Shown: positions 51,101-60,533 of the stretch, one piece after another | Numbering within the stretch: the first letter of the stretch is position 1 | How the letters are laid out: each line of letters opens with the position of its first letter | From: Chitinophagales bacterium | Lineage (GTDB): Bacteria > Bacteroidota > Bacteroidia > Chitinophagales > Chitinophagaceae | Assembly (NCBI GenBank): GCA_026936105.1 | Contig: JAIXKI010000023.1 | Span: 35,484 to 99,483 of the forward strand | Direction of reading: 5' to 3' | DNA: 64,000 nt | The notes under the pieces: model-generated | Told to the model about the DNA's origin: nothing | Seen by the model: the letters and a program-made list of their open reading frames with translations, nothing else | Database searches by the model: none | Translations under genes and position numbers: made by a program

Positions 51101-51165
51101 AAAGATTGAGCGTTAACACCCGGAACAATGATCATCAAACAAAAAAGAATAAAAGAATACTTCAT
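48154..51165 (-). CDS. Large secreted glycoside-hydrolase-like protein (family not determinable by eye)
   Basis: The start is trimmed to MKYSFILFCLMIIVPGVNAQ. The C-terminal half has TIM-barrel-like motifs (VVNIHHATPINPW, KVKIYNTIRELS, DGIYLDDVAFD). It lies next to the sialidase. Confidence 0.5.
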   Translation of the reverse strand: MKYSFILFCLMIIVPGVNAQSFSYSDGRDSWDPDSLGNHRFVVQLTQPEFQKNKSAAHVIIPWRRRDFSPELKRIIVVDAATGHRILNTLVASIKRESGEIYFEPVSGAGNYYVYYMPYRNEGRSNYPKGVYLKPDVTASKEWQDLVHSSSGFAEAVATTYQPVNAFNSFYPMEFIATPEETQKLANENAGSSFLIFPEDRMHSIRMKYNLPVRWIERGSKNNFRDTVKRGENFTFQLGVYALQDLTDVHIRFSDLKSSSGKIIPAATMYCFNTDGINYDGTVLHKTVNVKKGEVRPLWCGVDVPENLPAGNYSGKLTVQAKGSGEKEISVDLFVQNESAKDGGIRDLQKMTRLKWLNSTMAQDNAVIAPYTPLKVTGTAISLLGRKLKLNKDGLPAQIQTFFTPEMTSVSTKPNDLLAGPMKFNFYDEKGNPVNQWKNNGLVFTKKSAGTVAWKAISQSQNVKVEVDGSLEFDGFVAYKVKVTALKDISLDGIDLNIPMKPGSAEYFMGLGLKGGIRPEAIHWKWDVAHKNQDGAWIGNVNAGIQFSLRDENYVRPLNTNFYLQKPLLLPKSWGNENKGGIDVTQKEGAVSVHAYSGNRVMKKGETLFYNFNLLITPFHPVNTDFQWATRFYHKYDNLDTIKASGATVVNIHHATPINPWINYPFIEWKKMKSYIDSAHQLGLKVKIYNTIRELSDRAYELFAIRSLGHEIFSPGQGGGFSWLQEHVGDDYLAGWFVPEIKDAALVNSGQNRWHNYYVEGMNWLVNHVGIDGIYLDDVAFDRVTMKRIKRVLTQNGHPGIVDLHSANQYNKNDGFNNSANLYMEHFPYLNRLWFGEYFDYQHNGPDYFLTEISGIPFGLMGEMLQDGGNPWRGMIYGMTNRYPWTEDADPRPIWKAWNEFGMKGTKMIGYWSDNCPVRTDNKNVLATVYKKKGAALVSIASWADEPVNIHLQIDWKKLGIDSSKAVITAMEIKNFQPAKTFGVNDAIEVPKGKGWLLVIKEK

Positions 51166-51199
51166 AACAGATGATTTCAAAAAATTATAATTCTTCATT

Positions 51200-52534
51200 T
51201 CAATTGAGCGAATCCAGATCAACCGAAGGCCTGCCCGTTGAAGGCTTATGTTCAAACTTCGATTTTATCAAAGTATTATCATTAAAAAAGCCGCAGTTGT
51301 GCAAGAAGAAGCGGCCATTCTCAACCCCGCCGCCATAATCCATTCTGTATCCCTTTTGGCCGGTATTATCCACGGTAAAGACCATTTTGGTCAATGGCTT
51401 CCATTCACCTTTTGTATTCACCACCCACTGATTTCCATAAAATGCTTTCCGGGTAATATAACCGGTGGAAGGTTCAAAATTTTCCAGGAAAGAATGTAGC
51501 CTCGTCAGATAAGTGTTGGTTTCGGGGCGGCTGAAACTCGCTATAAGATTCCACCTGCCTGTTTCCGGAGTAAAAAAATAAGCAGTGAAAACAGTGTGAT
51601 CGTTTCCGGCAGGCCTGGCATGCAATAAGAAACCATAAGTGGTGCCTGCTTTCCAGTCATAGTTCAGATAACTTTGCCCTCCAGCGCCTTCATTTCCAAA
51701 TTCTCCTGTATGAACGCCTTCTCCTTTCTTTATTAAAATAATCTTTTTGTTTTCAGGAATACTTTTCGGGTCGTCTGTCTGGAAAGGGCTCCACACCGAA
51801 AACAGTACATGCCTTTCTGTTGGCGAATTAACCTGCATACCGAAATATCCTTCCTTAAATCCGTCGGCCATGAAATAAGAACCGATCACATCATTGCCAT
51901 CAGGCACCGTGATCTCATTATAAAACCATTCGGCATCACCGCCCGTTTCTGATGCATCATAATTGATATGCACCGAAGGCCCCCGCCTGCCCCAGTAAAA
52001 AAAATTGCCTTCGTTATTTTTTACATAAGCAGTCCTGTCATCAACTGCTGTACCTGATATCTGAAGTTCTTTCATCCGGGCAAATATTTTCCCGCTTCTG
52101 CTCAGTCCTTTTATGTCTATCCTGATGTATCCCGGTGAAGTTATATTCCATGTTCCCAGATATTGCAGATGATCTTCTTTCCCCTCGATCTCTGTCCGTT
52201 TTGCTTCATCGTTTATGGCGCACTGTATCGTACTTTTCCCTTCAGGTACACTCAAATTTGAAAATAATTCAAAAGTGCCGGGCTTATCAGTTTTTAAATA
52301 GGCGCTGAATACGGTGAGGGTGTCTTCCCAGTTGATCCAACCTTCATTGGTCACCTTTTCTTTTCCACCGGGTGTTTTAACAGTGACCCAGGAATTCCCT
52401 CCCAGGGGAACGATCTGCCGGACGGTATCAGCAGCAGGAGCATGAAAATCTTTTTTTATAAAATGTTCCTGCCATCCGTCTGAAGTAAAAAGACAGGAGA
52501 AAACTAAACCGGTTATCAGCAATTTATTCAGCAT
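51200..52534 (-). CDS. Secreted hypothetical protein (DUF3472/DUF5077-like), in the glycan cluster
   Basis: 444 aa with a signal peptide. The family assignment is tentative, from memory only. Confidence 0.4.
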   Translation of the reverse strand: MLNKLLITGLVFSCLFTSDGWQEHFIKKDFHAPAADTVRQIVPLGGNSWVTVKTPGGKEKVTNEGWINWEDTLTVFSAYLKTDKPGTFELFSNLSVPEGKSTIQCAINDEAKRTEIEGKEDHLQYLGTWNITSPGYIRIDIKGLSRSGKIFARMKELQISGTAVDDRTAYVKNNEGNFFYWGRRGPSVHINYDASETGGDAEWFYNEITVPDGNDVIGSYFMADGFKEGYFGMQVNSPTERHVLFSVWSPFQTDDPKSIPENKKIILIKKGEGVHTGEFGNEGAGGQSYLNYDWKAGTTYGFLLHARPAGNDHTVFTAYFFTPETGRWNLIASFSRPETNTYLTRLHSFLENFEPSTGYITRKAFYGNQWVVNTKGEWKPLTKMVFTVDNTGQKGYRMDYGGGVENGRFFLHNCGFFNDNTLIKSKFEHKPSTGRPSVDLDSLN

Positions 52535-52699
52535 CGGATCAGGAATAAATAAGATTCGTAATTTCTGCTAAAGGCTTCCGGATATTCAATAAACCTTTTC
52601 AAAGTTTTGCCGGAACGCCTGGCTGAACAAATATACATTTATCGGAGGAGGCAGGCTCCTGCATGAGGAAAAACATCTCCCCTAAAAAAATCAAAAGAT

Positions 52700-53830
52700 T
52701 CAGTTTCTGCTGCTCAGTTCCCAGTTGACCCCTCTTTCTCTCAGGTAATTCATCACAAAATCAAAACAGGGTTTATGGCAGCCAACCAATTCAGGAGGGA
52801 ATACTCCTTTTTCCGTGAAAAGTTTTTCTGCAATAAGATGTATGGCGGCAGTGCAGGCATAGCCGGTGGTGCGGCTCATAGAAGTGGTCTTGGATCTTTT
52901 ATCGTAGCGATCGAGTAAATTATATTCAACGCATACAGGTGAGCCGTCTTTTTCTCCTTCAACGATCACTCTCATGACCGTGAACTCTTCTTCTTCTTCT
53001 TCAAGTTTCCAGTCTCTGAACAGGATTTTAGAAGAAAAACGGAGCGGAGAGATCTTTATACCGTTAATGTCAATTTCTTTTTCATCAAAAAAACCTGCCT
53101 GCTTCAGCGCAATGATGAACTCAACATGTACAGGATAACGCAAGGTCTTTTCTTTCATGTTGGGAATATCAGGCATGGTAAACAGCAAGGTCCTTAATCC
53201 ATCCGTGTTGAACGCCTCCAGAGTGCCTATATCATCAAAGTCAATATACTCACGGTCGCTCAGCGCAGGCCGGGTGATGATCTGTCCGTTTTCTTTCAAT
53301 CGTGCAGGCCGTGTGTATTCTTCGATCACATCAATGGGTGAAAAAGGTGCTTTGTATTCAAACGGCTTCTTTCTGATCCTGGGCAGGCCTCCCACATAAC
53401 ATTCAAAATTATTCACCGCCATTTCCGCATGGTACCGGCCCAGAATAAGATTGCTCATGCCGGGCGCCACTCCCATATCCGTGATCACCGTCACATTTTT
53501 TTCTTTTGCCAGTGCATCGAGCGGCAAGGGATCCTCGGGATAAAAAGAAATATCCACCACGTCTTTTCCGCAACCGATCACTGCTTTCAGTGCATCAAAT
53601 CCCATAAAACCCGGAACCGCTATCGCCACCATGTCGAAGGGTGAAAGCCATGCTTTGTATTGATCATATTGTTTCAGGTCTGCTTTCCGGGTTTCAATGG
53701 AAGGGTATTTCTTCTTCAGCATTTTCAGATTTTTCTCATTGAGGTCAAATGAGGTCACTTCAAATGAAGAAGCAAGATCAAGGGCGATCGTTCTGCCAAC
53801 CATTCCTGCGCCTAATACTGCGATTTTCAT
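52700..53830 (-). CDS. Saccharopine dehydrogenase family oxidoreductase
   Basis: It has an N-terminal Rossmann motif, MKIAVLGAGMVGR, and the size and overall pattern fit the saccharopine dehydrogenase-like family. Confidence 0.75.
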   Translation of the reverse strand: MKIAVLGAGMVGRTIALDLASSFEVTSFDLNEKNLKMLKKKYPSIETRKADLKQYDQYKAWLSPFDMVAIAVPGFMGFDALKAVIGCGKDVVDISFYPEDPLPLDALAKEKNVTVITDMGVAPGMSNLILGRYHAEMAVNNFECYVGGLPRIRKKPFEYKAPFSPIDVIEEYTRPARLKENGQIITRPALSDREYIDFDDIGTLEAFNTDGLRTLLFTMPDIPNMKEKTLRYPVHVEFIIALKQAGFFDEKEIDINGIKISPLRFSSKILFRDWKLEEEEEEFTVMRVIVEGEKDGSPVCVEYNLLDRYDKRSKTTSMSRTTGYACTAAIHLIAEKLFTEKGVFPPELVGCHKPCFDFVMNYLRERGVNWELSSRN

Positions 53831-53969
53831 TGTAAAAAATTCAGGGCAAAGGTCCGAAAATCATTTTTAACAGAGAGAGGATCAAAATAAAAAAGTGAAA
53901 ATAAAAAACTGAGGTAAGGAAAAACATTTACGGCAAAGAAAAAAAGTGCCGGGAGTTTTTTGTGAGAAG

Positions 53970-54040
53970 AGGTACCGAGCAGATTCGAACTGCTGTAGGA
54001 GGTTTTGCAGACCTCTGCCTAGCCACTCGGCCACGGTACC
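53970..54040 (-). tRNA. tRNA-Cys (anticodon GCA)
   Basis: The minus-strand reading is GGTACCGTGGCCGAGTGGCTAGGCAGAGGTCTGCAAAACCTCCTACAGCAGTTCGAATCTGCTCGGTACCT. It has a 7-bp acceptor stem and anticodon loop CTGCAAA. Confidence 0.9.
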
Positions 54041-54258
54041 TTTTATAAATTCCAAATATCAAATATCAAAAATCAAATTTCGTATTCGCTGGCGATCCAA
54101 AATCTCAAATATCAAAATTCTTTTCAATTCAGAATTTCAGTAAATCTCCCCTACGACTTCATCAGGATTTCTGATTTCAGATTTTAGGGTTTAGTTTTGA
54201 ATCTGAAAGCGGCCAAAGATACAGTTTTTGACCCATTGTTCATAAACGTGAAATACTC

Positions 54259-55137
54259 ATGAATCGTATTGAAGAATCCGAATTAATTATCAATCCCCGC
54301 GGCGCCGTATATCACCTCGATCTGCGCCCCGAAGAGATCGCGGGCACGGTGATCACCGTGGGCGACCCTGACCGGGTGAAAGAGGTCAGTAAGCATTTCG
54401 ACTCTATTGAAGTAAGATCGCAGCATCGTGAATTCATCACTCATACCGGGTATGTCGGAAAAAAAAGGATCAGTGTGCTTTCCACCGGCATCGGTCCCGA
54501 TAATATTGATATTGCCATCAACGAACTCGATGCTCTTGTCAATATTGATTTTAATACCCGCCAGATCAAACCAAAGACCACTTCTCTCAACATCATGAGG
54601 GTGGGCACTTCCGGTTCCCTGCAGGGCGACATCCATGTGGACAGCCTGGTGGCTTCCACACACGGGCTCGGGCTGGACAACCTTTTGAATTTTTACCGCA
54701 AAGAGCAAAATGAAGAAGAAAAACAATTATTGCACTCATTTGCTACTCATACGCAAATGCACGGGCAAATGATCTTTCCATATATCAGCAGCGCCTCGGC
54801 TTCCTTAATGAAGCACTTTGTACAGGGCTTCCACCAGGGGATCACCGTCACCTGCCCGGGATTTTATGGCCCGCAGGGAAGGGTGTTGAGATTGGGCGTA
54901 CGCTATCCGCAACTGATAGACAGGCTTACCGATTTCCGGTTCGGGCAATACCGCATTACCAATTTTGAAATGGAAACTTCCGCCATTTATGGATTGGGAA
55001 AATTGCTGAATCATAATTGTCTTGCACTGAATGCGATCATTGCCGACAGGGTGAATAAACAATTTTCAAAAGACCCGAAAGCCGCCATTGAAAAACTGAT
55101 CGTTAAAACATTAGAGATATTTTCTGAACAACTTTAA
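54259..55137 (+). CDS. Nucleoside phosphorylase (PNP/UDP family)
   Basis: 292 aa. VITVGDPDRV, STGIGPDNIDI, RVGTSGSL and FEMETSAIY resemble uridine/purine nucleoside phosphorylase motifs. Confidence 0.7.
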   Translation: MNRIEESELIINPRGAVYHLDLRPEEIAGTVITVGDPDRVKEVSKHFDSIEVRSQHREFITHTGYVGKKRISVLSTGIGPDNIDIAINELDALVNIDFNTRQIKPKTTSLNIMRVGTSGSLQGDIHVDSLVASTHGLGLDNLLNFYRKEQNEEEKQLLHSFATHTQMHGQMIFPYISSASASLMKHFVQGFHQGITVTCPGFYGPQGRVLRLGVRYPQLIDRLTDFRFGQYRITNFEMETSAIYGLGKLLNHNCLALNAIIADRVNKQFSKDPKAAIEKLIVKTLEIFSEQL

Positions 55138-55154
55138 ATCCTGAAAGGCCTATT

Positions 55155-55940
55155 ATGTTATTGAAATTTTACAAATACCAGGGCACCGGAAATGATTTCA
55201 TCATATTTGATAACAGGGACAGATCCGTTAGCACACTGACTGCAGAACAGATCAGGCGGCTCTGCGACCGGCGTTTCGGGATCGGCGCCGATGGGCTGAT
55301 GATCCTGAACGAAAGGCCGGGATATGATTTTGAAATGAAATATTATAATTCGGATGGCAAAGAAGGAAGCATGTGCGGCAACGGCGGACGGTGCATGATC
55401 AAATTCGCTTATCATCTCGGAATTCATAAAGATGTTTATAAATTTCTGGCGGTGGATGGGGAGCATGAAGCTGAAATTGACACGGACGGCATCATTTCAC
55501 TGAAGATGAAAGACGTAAGAGAGATCAAAAAGATAGATGACGATTTCGTGCTCGATACCGGTTCTCCGCATTTTGTGAAAATGGTGAATGATGTGAATGC
55601 AGTGGATGTGATCAAAAAAGGAAGTGAGATTCGCCACCGTGATAAATATGATAAAGAAGGCATCAACGTGAATTTTGTGGAAGTATCCAACGATCCGAAC
55701 AAGATCATCGTGCGCACTTATGAACGGGGCGTAGAAGATGAAACCTATTCCTGCGGCACCGGCGTAACAGCTTCAGCATTGGTCTTCTACCATAATGAAG
55801 CGGGCTTTAATGAAGTGGAAGTAAAAACTTTGGGAGGTTCCCTCACTGTGGAGTACGACCGGTTCAATGACGGGCATTATGAAAACATCTGGCTTTGCGG
55901 TCCAGCAGAAAAAGTGTATGAAGGCATAGTAGAGATCTGA
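55155..55940 (+). CDS. dapF: Diaminopimelate epimerase
   Basis: FYKYQGTGNDFIIFDN, GIGADGLMIL, MCGNGGRC and SCGTGVTA (the two catalytic Cys motifs). Confidence 0.92.
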   Translation: MLLKFYKYQGTGNDFIIFDNRDRSVSTLTAEQIRRLCDRRFGIGADGLMILNERPGYDFEMKYYNSDGKEGSMCGNGGRCMIKFAYHLGIHKDVYKFLAVDGEHEAEIDTDGIISLKMKDVREIKKIDDDFVLDTGSPHFVKMVNDVNAVDVIKKGSEIRHRDKYDKEGINVNFVEVSNDPNKIIVRTYERGVEDETYSCGTGVTASALVFYHNEAGFNEVEVKTLGGSLTVEYDRFNDGHYENIWLCGPAEKVYEGIVEI

Positions 55941-55958
55941 TCAATATTTTAAAAGGAT

Positions 55959-56417
55959 ATGTTCAACATAAGAGTTTACGGAGTTCTTATCAACGAAAAA
56001 AAACAGGTGATGGTCAGCGATGAGTATGTCAGGGGCAGACTCATCACCAAATTCCCGGGAGGTGGTATGGAATTCGGGGAAGGAACCAGGGACTGCCTGA
56101 AAAGAGAATTAAAAGAAGAACTGCTCATTGACTTCGAGATCGGTGATCATCTTTACACCACGGATTATTTTCAGATATCGGCTTTCAATCCCGAAGACCA
56201 GATCGTATCCATTTATTACTACATAAAAGCGCTGGAGCCTTTCAAAGTGCCCATTCACACAAAAAAATTTGATTTCAGCAAGGAACAGCTGGAAGAATAT
56301 GAAAAGACAAAAGAGATCGAAGCCGTGCGTTTCATTGATCTGAAATTCTTTTCCGCACACAGTGTCACCCTGCCTATTGATAAGATCGTTGCCGATCTGA
56401 TCAGAAGCAGATCATAA
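55959..56417 (+). CDS. NUDIX hydrolase
   Basis: Nudix box: FPGGGMEFGEGTRDCLKRELKEEL. Confidence 0.85.
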   Translation: MFNIRVYGVLINEKKQVMVSDEYVRGRLITKFPGGGMEFGEGTRDCLKRELKEELLIDFEIGDHLYTTDYFQISAFNPEDQIVSIYYYIKALEPFKVPIHTKKFDFSKEQLEEYEKTKEIEAVRFIDLKFFSAHSVTLPIDKIVADLIRSRS

Positions 56418-56440
56418 GAAAACAAATCAAAGTTTTTTTA

Positions 56441-56746
56441 CTACCGGTTCATCGAATGGTCATACTGGAAGAATATGTAATAAACCAGTGCCGCCAGCGA
56501 TAAAACATTCACAAGGATCAACCACCAGGGAACGATAGAAGTCAGTTTTCTTTTGGTGAACAACACGATCAAATAACAAATATTTGTGACCGGCACAACG
56601 ATCAGTCCCATGAAATAACCGATGACGATGATAGTGGATGTAGTGACCTCATCGTGTGTCCAGTTGTAAATACGGAGGGAAATGGATAAGAGAAAAAAGA
56701 AGCCGCAAATAAAGGAGAGCCGGGATAAAAATAAAAGCCAGCGCAT
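56441..56746 (-). CDS. Small integral membrane protein, unknown function
   Basis: 101 aa with three hydrophobic helices. Confidence 0.5.
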   Translation of the reverse strand: MRWLLFLSRLSFICGFFFLLSISLRIYNWTHDEVTTSTIIVIGYFMGLIVVPVTNICYLIVLFTKRKLTSIVPWWLILVNVLSLAALVYYIFFQYDHSMNR

Positions 56747-56799
56747 GAACGATTTTCGTGTAAAATAGCATTATTTTGTCAGCCTAATATCTTCCCGGC

Positions 56800-59280
56800 A
56801 TGAAAAATTCGGTATTCAAAAAAGCGGTCCCTCACCTGATCGCCATAGTCATATTTCTTATCATCTCCGCTTTGTTTTGCAAACCTGCCCTTGAAGGAAA
56901 TGTACTGGATCAAAGCGATATATCCGGGTGGCGGGGAATGGCTCAGAATTCTTTTGAATATAAGGATCAGCATGGCCACTTTCCTTTGTGGAATCCCAAT
57001 CTTTTCAGTGGCATGCCCAATTACCAGGTCGCTCTGGACGGCAAGACAATTCTTCCTGATCTGAACAAAGTGTTCACTCTCGGATTACCCAAGCCTATCA
57101 GCTTTTTCTTTCTTGCCTGTATCAGCTTTTATATCTTAAGTCTTGTGCTGGGCGCCAACGCAGTGATCGGGATCATGTCGAGCCTGGCCTTTGCTTTTTC
57201 CACTTACAATCCTGTTATCATCAGCGTCGGCCATGAAACAAAAATGTTTGCCATCGCTTATATGCCGGCATTGATGGCAGGCCTTTTGCTGATCTATGAA
57301 AAAAAATACTGGATCGGGCTTGCCCTCACCACGGTGGCGACTTATATGGAGATAGCCGTGAACCACCCGCAGATAAATTTTTATTTTTTCCTCGTCGCTT
57401 TGGCTGTCACCATTGCGTATGCCATCACCTGGATAAGAAAAAAAGAATGGAAGCATCTGATCATTGCAGCAGGTGTTACAATCATTGCAGCCGTTGCCGG
57501 CGTTGGTGGTTCTGCCATGAGCCTGATGGTGAATTCGGAATATGTAAAAGCCACCATGCGTGGAGGAAAAGATATTTCCATTGAAGACGGAAAAGTCAGC
57601 GCTGCAAAAACTACAGGACTTGATGCTGATTATGCACTCAGGTGGAGCATCAGCAAGCCGGAAGCAACGGTGCTTCTGATGCCTAAGGCATTCGGCGAAA
57701 ACAGCGGAAAATCATTAAGCGACGATTCACATGTAGTTGAAAAGCTTGTTTCCCGCGGAGTTCCTGAGGCACAGGCCATGCAGGTGGCAAGCAGCCTTCC
57801 CAAATACTGGGGAGGAATGTCCGATCCTTCGGAAACAACGGCAGGGCCTCCGTATGTTGGCGTGATCATTTGCCTTCTTGCATTGATCGGATTCGTGATC
57901 GTCAAAAAACCGATCCGCTGGGCATTGCTGGCAGTTACGGTTCTTTCCATCCTTATGGCATGGGGAAAATATTTTGAAGGCTTCAACCTTTTTTTATTTG
58001 ACCACCTTCCTTTGCTGAATAAATTCAGAGCTCCTTCCATGACGCTCGTGATCGCTGAGTTCACTCTTCCTTTCATGGCGGTGATAGGCTTGCAGCAAAT
58101 ATTGTACAGGGAAAAGAGTAAAGAGCTTCTTCAGGCTGATTTCAAAAAAATACTATATGCAGTAGGCGGATTGTTTGCACTGCTGGCCTTGATGTACCTG
58201 ATGATGGATTACAATACCGCCATTGATAACCAGGTCATCAGCGGATATACCGATAAAAACGGAAGTGATGAATTCGGAAGGCTTATCGTGAGCGGAATGA
58301 AGGAAGACCGAAAAGCGATGTTTGGCGGCCAGATACTCCGTACATTATTTTTTGCTGCTGTTGTTGTGGGAGCTCTTTATCTGTATATGAAAGACAAGAT
58401 CAAACCGGTTGTAGTGGCCATAGTACTCGGACTGATCTGCACCATAGATCTTCTTGTGATTGACAGCCAATATCTGAACTCAGATAATTTTGAATCGCCT
58501 GACATGCTCACGGCAAAGACCTTCACTCCCACTCCTGTTGACAAACAGATCATGGAAGACAAGGATCCCGATTTCCGTGTATTTGACCTGGCAAGCGGCA
58601 GCCCTTATAATGAATCAAGAACTTCTTACTTCTTTAAATCCATCGGCGGATACCATCCTGCCAAGCTGCGTATTTACCAGGATATCATTGACAAATATTT
58701 ATCAGGCCCTTTCAATCAGAATGTATTGAACATGCTGAATACAAAATACATGATCACCAGGGATCAGCAGACCAATCAACCGGTATTGGTGCCCAATCCT
58801 GATGCATACGGGCCTGTATGGCTGGTAAAAAATGTAAAGCTGGTGAATGGCCTTGTTGAAGAAATGGATGCCATCGGAACTACAGGCCTGAAGGATACAG
58901 CGGTTGTAGAAACCAATTTCAGCAAATTTGTAACGCAGCCTCAATGGGATTCTTCTTCTTCCATCAAACTGTCACATTTTGACAATGACACCATGACCTA
59001 TTCATTCGATGGTGATAAACCGCAGTTCGCTGTTTTCAGCGAGATCTATTATCCCTTCGGATGGAATGCCTATATAGACGGTCAAAAAGTTGATTATTGC
59101 AAAGTGAACTATATACTCAGGGGATTATCATTGCCGGCGGGAAAGCATGAGGTGAAATTTATTTTTGAACCGGAATCGTATAAGAAAGGATTGAAGCTGG
59201 GATATATCTCCTCTTATCTCATTCTGATCTTTTTTGTGGGAGGAATTTTCATGCAATGGAGACAAGGGGCTAAAAGTTGA
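56800..59280 (+). CDS. Large polytopic membrane protein, YfhO-like (glycosyl-transfer / polymer modification class)
   Basis: 826 aa with many TM helices in the first ~550 aa and a soluble C-terminal domain. It lies next to glycosyltransferase genes. Confidence 0.5.
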   Translation: MKNSVFKKAVPHLIAIVIFLIISALFCKPALEGNVLDQSDISGWRGMAQNSFEYKDQHGHFPLWNPNLFSGMPNYQVALDGKTILPDLNKVFTLGLPKPISFFFLACISFYILSLVLGANAVIGIMSSLAFAFSTYNPVIISVGHETKMFAIAYMPALMAGLLLIYEKKYWIGLALTTVATYMEIAVNHPQINFYFFLVALAVTIAYAITWIRKKEWKHLIIAAGVTIIAAVAGVGGSAMSLMVNSEYVKATMRGGKDISIEDGKVSAAKTTGLDADYALRWSISKPEATVLLMPKAFGENSGKSLSDDSHVVEKLVSRGVPEAQAMQVASSLPKYWGGMSDPSETTAGPPYVGVIICLLALIGFVIVKKPIRWALLAVTVLSILMAWGKYFEGFNLFLFDHLPLLNKFRAPSMTLVIAEFTLPFMAVIGLQQILYREKSKELLQADFKKILYAVGGLFALLALMYLMMDYNTAIDNQVISGYTDKNGSDEFGRLIVSGMKEDRKAMFGGQILRTLFFAAVVVGALYLYMKDKIKPVVVAIVLGLICTIDLLVIDSQYLNSDNFESPDMLTAKTFTPTPVDKQIMEDKDPDFRVFDLASGSPYNESRTSYFFKSIGGYHPAKLRIYQDIIDKYLSGPFNQNVLNMLNTKYMITRDQQTNQPVLVPNPDAYGPVWLVKNVKLVNGLVEEMDAIGTTGLKDTAVVETNFSKFVTQPQWDSSSSIKLSHFDNDTMTYSFDGDKPQFAVFSEIYYPFGWNAYIDGQKVDYCKVNYILRGLSLPAGKHEVKFIFEPESYKKGLKLGYISSYLILIFFVGGIFMQWRQGAKS

Positions 59281-59402
59281 GCGTTGAAAATTGAATATTG
59301 ATTGTTGAGTCTTTACGCTCAACAATAATGATACATGAATCAGCAGTTGTTTGTCTAACCGGAAGTATATTAAAATATTCGGGATAAAACCTGAGATGAG
59401 CA

Positions 59403-60518
59403 TTGAAGAAAATACTTGATATAGTTCCCTATCCCTATCTTCCCTGGTTTTCGGGGGGGCAAAAATCAATCGGGCAGTTTCTTGAATTCTTAGGAGTGGA
59501 AGCTGAACTTACCGTAGCAGGAACCGTGACCAACGACTGGACTCTTGCCAGGAATTATTCGGGTATTCCGCTCCTGAAAAAAGGGCCTTCACGTTATTGG
59601 GATCTGTCACTGATCCGCAGTTTCACTTTATTGATCAGGGAAAATAATTATGATGCCGTGATCTGGGAACATCCTTATTACTGGTGGCTGGCAAAAAGGA
59701 TAAGGAAAAGAACAGGCATCAAAACCATTTTTCACACCCACAACATCGAATACCTCCGGTTTAAATCGAACGGGAAATGGTGGTGGCCGGTCTTAAGAAA
59801 TTATGAAAGAAGTTGTTTCAGGGGAGCCGATATTGTTTTCTTTATTTCGGATGATGACCGTGAGTTTGCCCTCAGCAAATGGAAGATTGATCCGGCAAAA
59901 TGTTTTACCATTCCTTTCGGGGTGCCTATAAAAGAAGTCCCTGCCGATAAACAGGAATGTAAGGGAAAGATAGCAGCCATTCATGGAATCGGTGAAAATG
60001 AAAAGATATTCCTCTTCAATGGTCTGCTGGGTTACAAGCCTAATCTGGATGCAGTGCTGGCAATATTGAAAAATATCAATCCCATACTCCTTGAAAAAGC
60101 TGATTTAAAATACAAGATCATCCTCTGCGGAAAAGGCCTGCCGGAAGAATACAATGGCTTAAAAGACTATTCGGATAAAAATATCATTCATGCCGGATTT
60201 GTGGATGATATTGAAATGTATTTTAAAGGTTCCGACCTTTTCTTAAACCCCGTCTTAAGCGGAGGAGGCATCAAAACAAAGATGGTGGAATCCATTGCGT
60301 TTGGGACAACGGTGATCTCCACCGCCAACGGAGCCATTGGTATTGATAAAAAGTTCTGCGGGGAAAAGCTGGTCGTCATCCCCGATAATGACTGGAAGGG
60401 TTTTGCAGATGCGGTAATCAGAAACGTTCAAGCTAATTCGATTACTCCTTCCGAATATTATGAGCACTACTATTGGGGAAGTATAGTGAAGAGGGCTTTG
60501 AAGGCGATGGAAACCTAA
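59403..60518 (+). CDS. Glycosyltransferase family 1 (GT4-type)
   Basis: C-terminal motif NPVLSGGGIKTKMVESIAFGTTVISTANG (GT1 EX7E region). TTG start. Confidence 0.8.
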   Translation: MKKILDIVPYPYLPWFSGGQKSIGQFLEFLGVEAELTVAGTVTNDWTLARNYSGIPLLKKGPSRYWDLSLIRSFTLLIRENNYDAVIWEHPYYWWLAKRIRKRTGIKTIFHTHNIEYLRFKSNGKWWWPVLRNYERSCFRGADIVFFISDDDREFALSKWKIDPAKCFTIPFGVPIKEVPADKQECKGKIAAIHGIGENEKIFLFNGLLGYKPNLDAVLAILKNINPILLEKADLKYKIILCGKGLPEEYNGLKDYSDKNIIHAGFVDDIEMYFKGSDLFLNPVLSGGGIKTKMVESIAFGTTVISTANGAIGIDKKFCGEKLVVIPDNDWKGFADAVIRNVQANSITPSEYYEHYYWGSIVKRALKAMET

Positions 60519-60533
60519 ATTTTTAAATACCTA

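Noticed and set aside
54051-54125. Two imperfect A/T-rich direct repeats (TCCAAATATCAAATATCAAAAATCAAATTT and TCCAAAATCTCAAATATCAAAATTC) and a nearby hairpin (TTTCAGATT..AATCTGAAA, about 54171-54209). Considered as a mini-array, iterons or an operator.
   Set aside because: There are only two degenerate copies of low-complexity sequence, located in the promoter region shared by tRNA-Cys and the nucleoside phosphorylase gene. No spacer-like unique units and no associated genes are present.
59279-59330. Hairpin ATTGTTGAG-TCTTTACG-CTCAACAAT after the YfhO-like gene, considered as a terminator or attenuator
   Set aside because: The 9-bp stem is real, but no T-run follows, and an alternative pairing (GAGCGT/ACGCTC) exists. 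There is not enough evidence to call a function.
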